Origin: the human T2T-CHM13v2.0 reference genome, Homo sapiens
DNA length: 64,000 nucleotides
Assembly: GCF_009914755.1 (NCBI RefSeq)
Contig: NC_060934.1
Strand: one strand, 5' to 3'
A model generated the notes under the pieces. The model did no database searches. It saw only the letters and a program-made list of their open reading frames with translations, and was not told where the DNA came from. The position numbers were made by a program, and so were the translations under genes. How positions within the stretch are numbered: position 1 is the first letter of the stretch; the number at the start of each line of letters is the position of its first letter. Shown one piece after another: positions 59,621 to 64,000 of this stretch.

Positions 59621-60869
59621 AGAAACACATAAAATTGAAATGAAGAAAACAATACAAAAGATCAACAAAAATGAAAGGTTGGCTTTTTAAAGAGATAAAC
59701 AAAATTGACAAATGTTTAGCCAGACTAAGAAAAAGAGAAGGCCCAAATAAATAAAATCAGAGATGAAAAAGCAGACATTATAACTGATACTGCGGAAATT
59801 CAAAGGATCATTAATGGCTACTATGAGCAACTGTATGCCAAACATTGGAAAATCTTGAAGAAATGGATAAATTCGTAGACACACGCAACCTAACAAGATT
59901 CAACCATGAAGAAATTCAAAATCTGAACAGACCAAAAACAAGTAACAAGATCAAAGCCATAATTAAAATTTTCCCAGCAAAGAAAAGCCTGAGACCCAAT
60001 GGCTTCACTGCTGAATTCTATCAAACATTTAAAGAACTAATACCAATCCTACTCAAACTATTCCAAAAAGTAGAAGAGGAGGGAATATTTCCAAACTTAT
60101 TCTATGAGGCCATTACTGCTCCTATATCAAAACCAAGGACACATCAAAAAAAGAAAACTATAGGCCAATATCTCACATGAATATTGATGAATCCTCAAAA
60201 AATGCTAGCAAACTGAATTCAACATCACATTAAAAATCATTCATTATGACCAAATGGGATTTATCCCAGGGATGCAAATATGGTTCAACATATACACATC
60301 AGTCAGTGTAACATATCATATCAACAGAATGAAGAAGAAAAACCATATGGTCATGTTAATTGATGCTGAAAAAGTATTTGAGAGAATTAAACATCTCTTC
60401 ATGACAAAAACCCTCAAAAACACTGGAGACAGAAGGAACATACCTCAACACAATAAACAGACATATATGACAGACTCACAGCTAGAATCATACTAAATGG
60501 GGAGAAACTGAAAGTCATTCCTCTAAGATCTGGAACAAGACAAGGATGCTCATTTTCACCAGTGTTAGTGGAACATAGTACTGAAAGTCCTAGCTAGAAC
60601 AGACTAGAGACAGAAATAAGGGGCATCCAAACTGGGAAGAGAGAAGTCAAATTACCTTTGTTCGCAGATGGTATGATCTTCTGTTTGGAAAAACCTAGAC
60701 TCCATAAAAAAATGATTAGAACTGATAAATTCAGTAAAGTTTCAGGATACAAAATTAACATACAAAAATCAGTAGCATTTCTATATGTCAATAGCAAACA
60801 ATCTGAAAATGAAATCAAGGAAGTAATCCCATTTCCCATTTGCAATAGCTATAAATAAAATTAATATAA

Positions 60870-62575
60870 TCTCATCTCTTCAATAAGTGGTGTTGGGAAA
60901 ACTGCATATCCACATACAAAAGAATAAAATTAGACCCTTTTAATATACAAAACTGGACCCAAGTTAATATACAAAAATTAACTTGAAATGAATTAAAGAC
61001 TTAAATGTAAGATCTGAAACCAAAAACTCCTAGAGAGAAACATAGGGGAAAAGCTCCTTGACGTTGGCCTTGGCAATAATTTTTTGGGATATTACACCAA
61101 AAGCACAGACTTTTGAAAAAATAAACAAGTAGGACTACATCAAACTAAAAAGCTTCTGCATGGCAAAAGAAAGTCAACAACATGAAAAGGCAACCTACAG
61201 AATGGAGGGAAATATTTGCAAACCATATACCTGATGAGAAGTTAATATCAAAATATAGAAAATATATAAGGAACTCACATATCTCAATACCAAAAAAATA
61301 ATAACCTGTTTTATAATGGGCAAAGGACCTGAATAGACATTTTTTCAAAGAAGACACACAGATGGCCAACGAGTGCAGGAAAAAGCGTTCAACATCACTA
61401 ATCATCAGGGAAATGCAAATCAAAACCACAATGAGATATCACTCCACACCTGTTAGGAAAGCTATTATGAAAAACACAAGAGACAATGAATATTGGCAAG
61501 GGCATGGAGAAAAAAGAACCCTTGTACACTGTTGGTAGAAATGTAAATTGCAACAGCCTTTATGGAAAATAGAATGGAGGTTCCTCAAAAAATAAAAATA
61601 GAACTACCATACAATCTAGCAATTCCACTTATGAGTGTACATCCAAAGGAATCAAATCACTATGTCAAAGAGATATCTGTACTTCCTTGTTTATTGCAGC
61701 TTTACTCACAGTAGCCAAGATAAGGAAAAAATCTAAATGTCCATCAACGGATAAAGAAAATGGGGGGAGGGGTGTGCATGTATACATACACAATGGACTA
61801 TTTTTCAGCCATAACAAAGAAGGAAACCCTGCCATTTGTGACGATATGAATGAACCCAGAGGACATTATGTTAAGTGAAATAAGCCAGACACAGAAATAC
61901 AAATATTGTATGATCTCATTTATATGCGAATCTAAAAATTTCAAACTTGAAGACGAATAAGTAGAACAGTATTTATCAGGAGCTAGGGGATGTGGGGAAG
62001 AAGCAAAATATTGGGCAAAGAGTATAAACTTTCAGTTATGAGATGAAGGCCAGGTGCGATGGCTCATGTTGGTAATCCCAATACTTTGGAAGGCTGAGGC
62101 AGAGGGATTGCTTGAGACCAGCCTAGGCAAGAAAGTGAGACCTCATCTCTACAAAAAATAAAAATAAAAGAATCAGCTGGGAGTGGTGGCATACACCTGT
62201 AGTCCCAGCTAGTCAGGAGGCTGAGGGGGGAGGATCATTTGAAATTGGAAAGTCAAGGCTGCAGTCAGCCAAGATAGTGCCACTGCATTGCAGCCTGGGT
62301 GACAGAGCGAAACCCTGTCTCAAAAAAAAAAAAAAAAAAAAAGATGAATAAGTTCTGGGGATCAAATGTACAGCATGGTGACTATAGTTTATAACTGCGT
62401 TATTACTTGAAATTGGATAAGAGCAGATTTTAAGCATCCCCAGCACCCCCCCAACATACACACACACAAATGGTAACTATAGGTGGTGATAGATATGTTA
62501 ATTTGACTGTGACAATCAGCATTCAATATATACATATATCAAATCATCACATTTTACCCCTTGAAATAGAAACTT
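60870..62575 (+). mobile_element. L1MA7/8-type 3' portion interrupted by AluJ
   Basis: ORF2 C-terminus and 3'UTR 'gagtataaactttcagttatgagatgaa|taagttctgggg'. Confidence 0.8.
62048..62342 (+). mobile_element. AluJ
   Basis: 'ggattgcttgag', 'aggatcatttga...gtcaaggctgcagt'; TSD agatgaa. Confidence 0.85.
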
Positions 62576-62599
62576 TGATTTGTCAATCAAATATTTTAA

Positions 62600-64000
62600 A
62601 ACGAAAATAATCATAATATTAATATAGCATACAGGAAAAAATTTCGTATCTCGACTGATACAGAAAATTTCATGATAAAAACACTTTAAAACAAAAGAAA
62701 TAAAAGGGAACTCCCTCAACCTGATAAATGGCATCTGTGGAAACCCCCAGCTAGCATCAAACTTAATACAGAAAGGCTGGGTGTTCACCTCTTGAACCAG
62801 GAACAAGACAAAGATGCCTGCTTTTGCCACTTCCATTTGACCTTGTACTGAGGTTCTGGCTAGGGCAATTATCCCTGAAAAAGAAATAAAAGGCTTCCAA
62901 ATAAAAGAAGAAGTAAAACTATCTCTACTCGCTCATGACATGATCTTGCATATAGAAAATGTGCACATGTACACACACACAAACCATTAGAACTAATAAA
63001 CAAGTTCAGCAAGTTTGCAGAATATAAAATGAATGTACAAAAATCAAGTGTTTTTCTATATACTAGCAATTAACAATCTCAAAATGAATTAAAATTCCAT
63101 TTACAATAGTATCAAACATAAATTATTTAGAAATAAAAAGTGCACTGAAAACTACAAAATATTTTGAAATAAATCAGAAAAGATTTAAGTAAATGGATCA
63201 CTTGAACCTGGGAAGCAGAGGTTGCAGTGTGCCGAGATTGTACCACTGCACTTTAGCCTGGGCAACAGAGGGAGACTCCAAAGAGTCGAAAAGAAAAGAA
63301 AAGATTTAAATAAGCTGAAACATATTCTATGGATCAGAAGACTTAATATTGTTAAAGTGACAATATTCCCCAAATTGATCTACAGCTTCAACTCAACCCC
63401 TATCAAAATCCTAGCTTGCTTTTTGGCTGAAATTGACAAGCTGATTCTATAATTTATATGGAATCTCAAAGGATCCAGAATAACCAAAACAATATTGAAA
63501 AATAAAGAACAGCGTTGGTGGATTAACATTTTCCAATTTCAAAACTTACTATAGCACTGCGGTAATCAAGCAGTGTGGCACTGTATAGCATGTACATTAC
63601 AGATCAGTGGACTAGAATCAATGTCCAGAAATAAACCGTTATGTTTATAATGAATTACTTTTTAATAAGGTGTCAAGACAACGCAATGGGAAAAGAATAA
63701 TGAATTCAACAAATGATGCATGGACAACCGGACATGCACATGCAACACAATGAATTTGAATTCTTCTATCGCTCCATGCATAAAAACTAACTCAAAATGG
63801 GTCACGGATGTAAATGAAAAGCTAAAACTATAATAATCCTAGAGGAAAACCTAGGAGTAAATCTTTAAGATGTTATTGTAGGCAGTGGTTTCTCAGATAG
63901 GACCCCAAAATCACAAGCGACAAAAGAAATTGGACTTAAAGTTAAATACTTTTGTGCTTCAAACATCATCAAGAAAGTGAAAACACAACCCGCAGAAGCA
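62600..64000 (+). mobile_element. Old L1M ORF2 remnant, running off the window end
   Basis: RT-region motifs; '[19 protein letters not shown]'. Confidence 0.8.
63194..63296 (+). mobile_element. 5'-truncated Alu right arm
   Basis: 'ggatcacttgaacctgggaagcagaggttgcagtg...'; TSD agaaaagatttaa(g/a)taa. Confidence 0.8.

Overview
Primate (human-like) genomic DNA, roughly 85-90% transposon-derived: layered L1s (old L1M through L1PA3), about ten Alus, two SVAs, an MLT2A1/HERV-L provirus truncated in integrase, and MIR/L2/MaLR remnants. No intact protein-coding gene is visible; nearly all ORF-track entries are L1, HERV-L, SVA, Alu or simple-repeat translations. The main non-TE feature is a minus-strand retrocopy of the NORAD (LINC00657) lncRNA (~16601-17752 plus ~25145-25866). 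It keeps five canonical Pumilio response elements and is split by a full-length L1PA7, which in turn carries an internally deleted SVA with a 3' transduction. Also notable: a candidate minus-strand coding exon (42259-42342/42368) that is phase-compatible with two upstream L1 ORF0/antisense-promoter splice donors; an L1PA6/L1PA3 chimera with a ~410 bp 3' transduction; an inverted pair of L1s sharing non-consensus variants; and an SVA_A with a higher-order VNTR duplication. Subfamily and NORAD assignments rest on recalled consensus sequences, not on a database search. I cannot name the chromosome or host gene.
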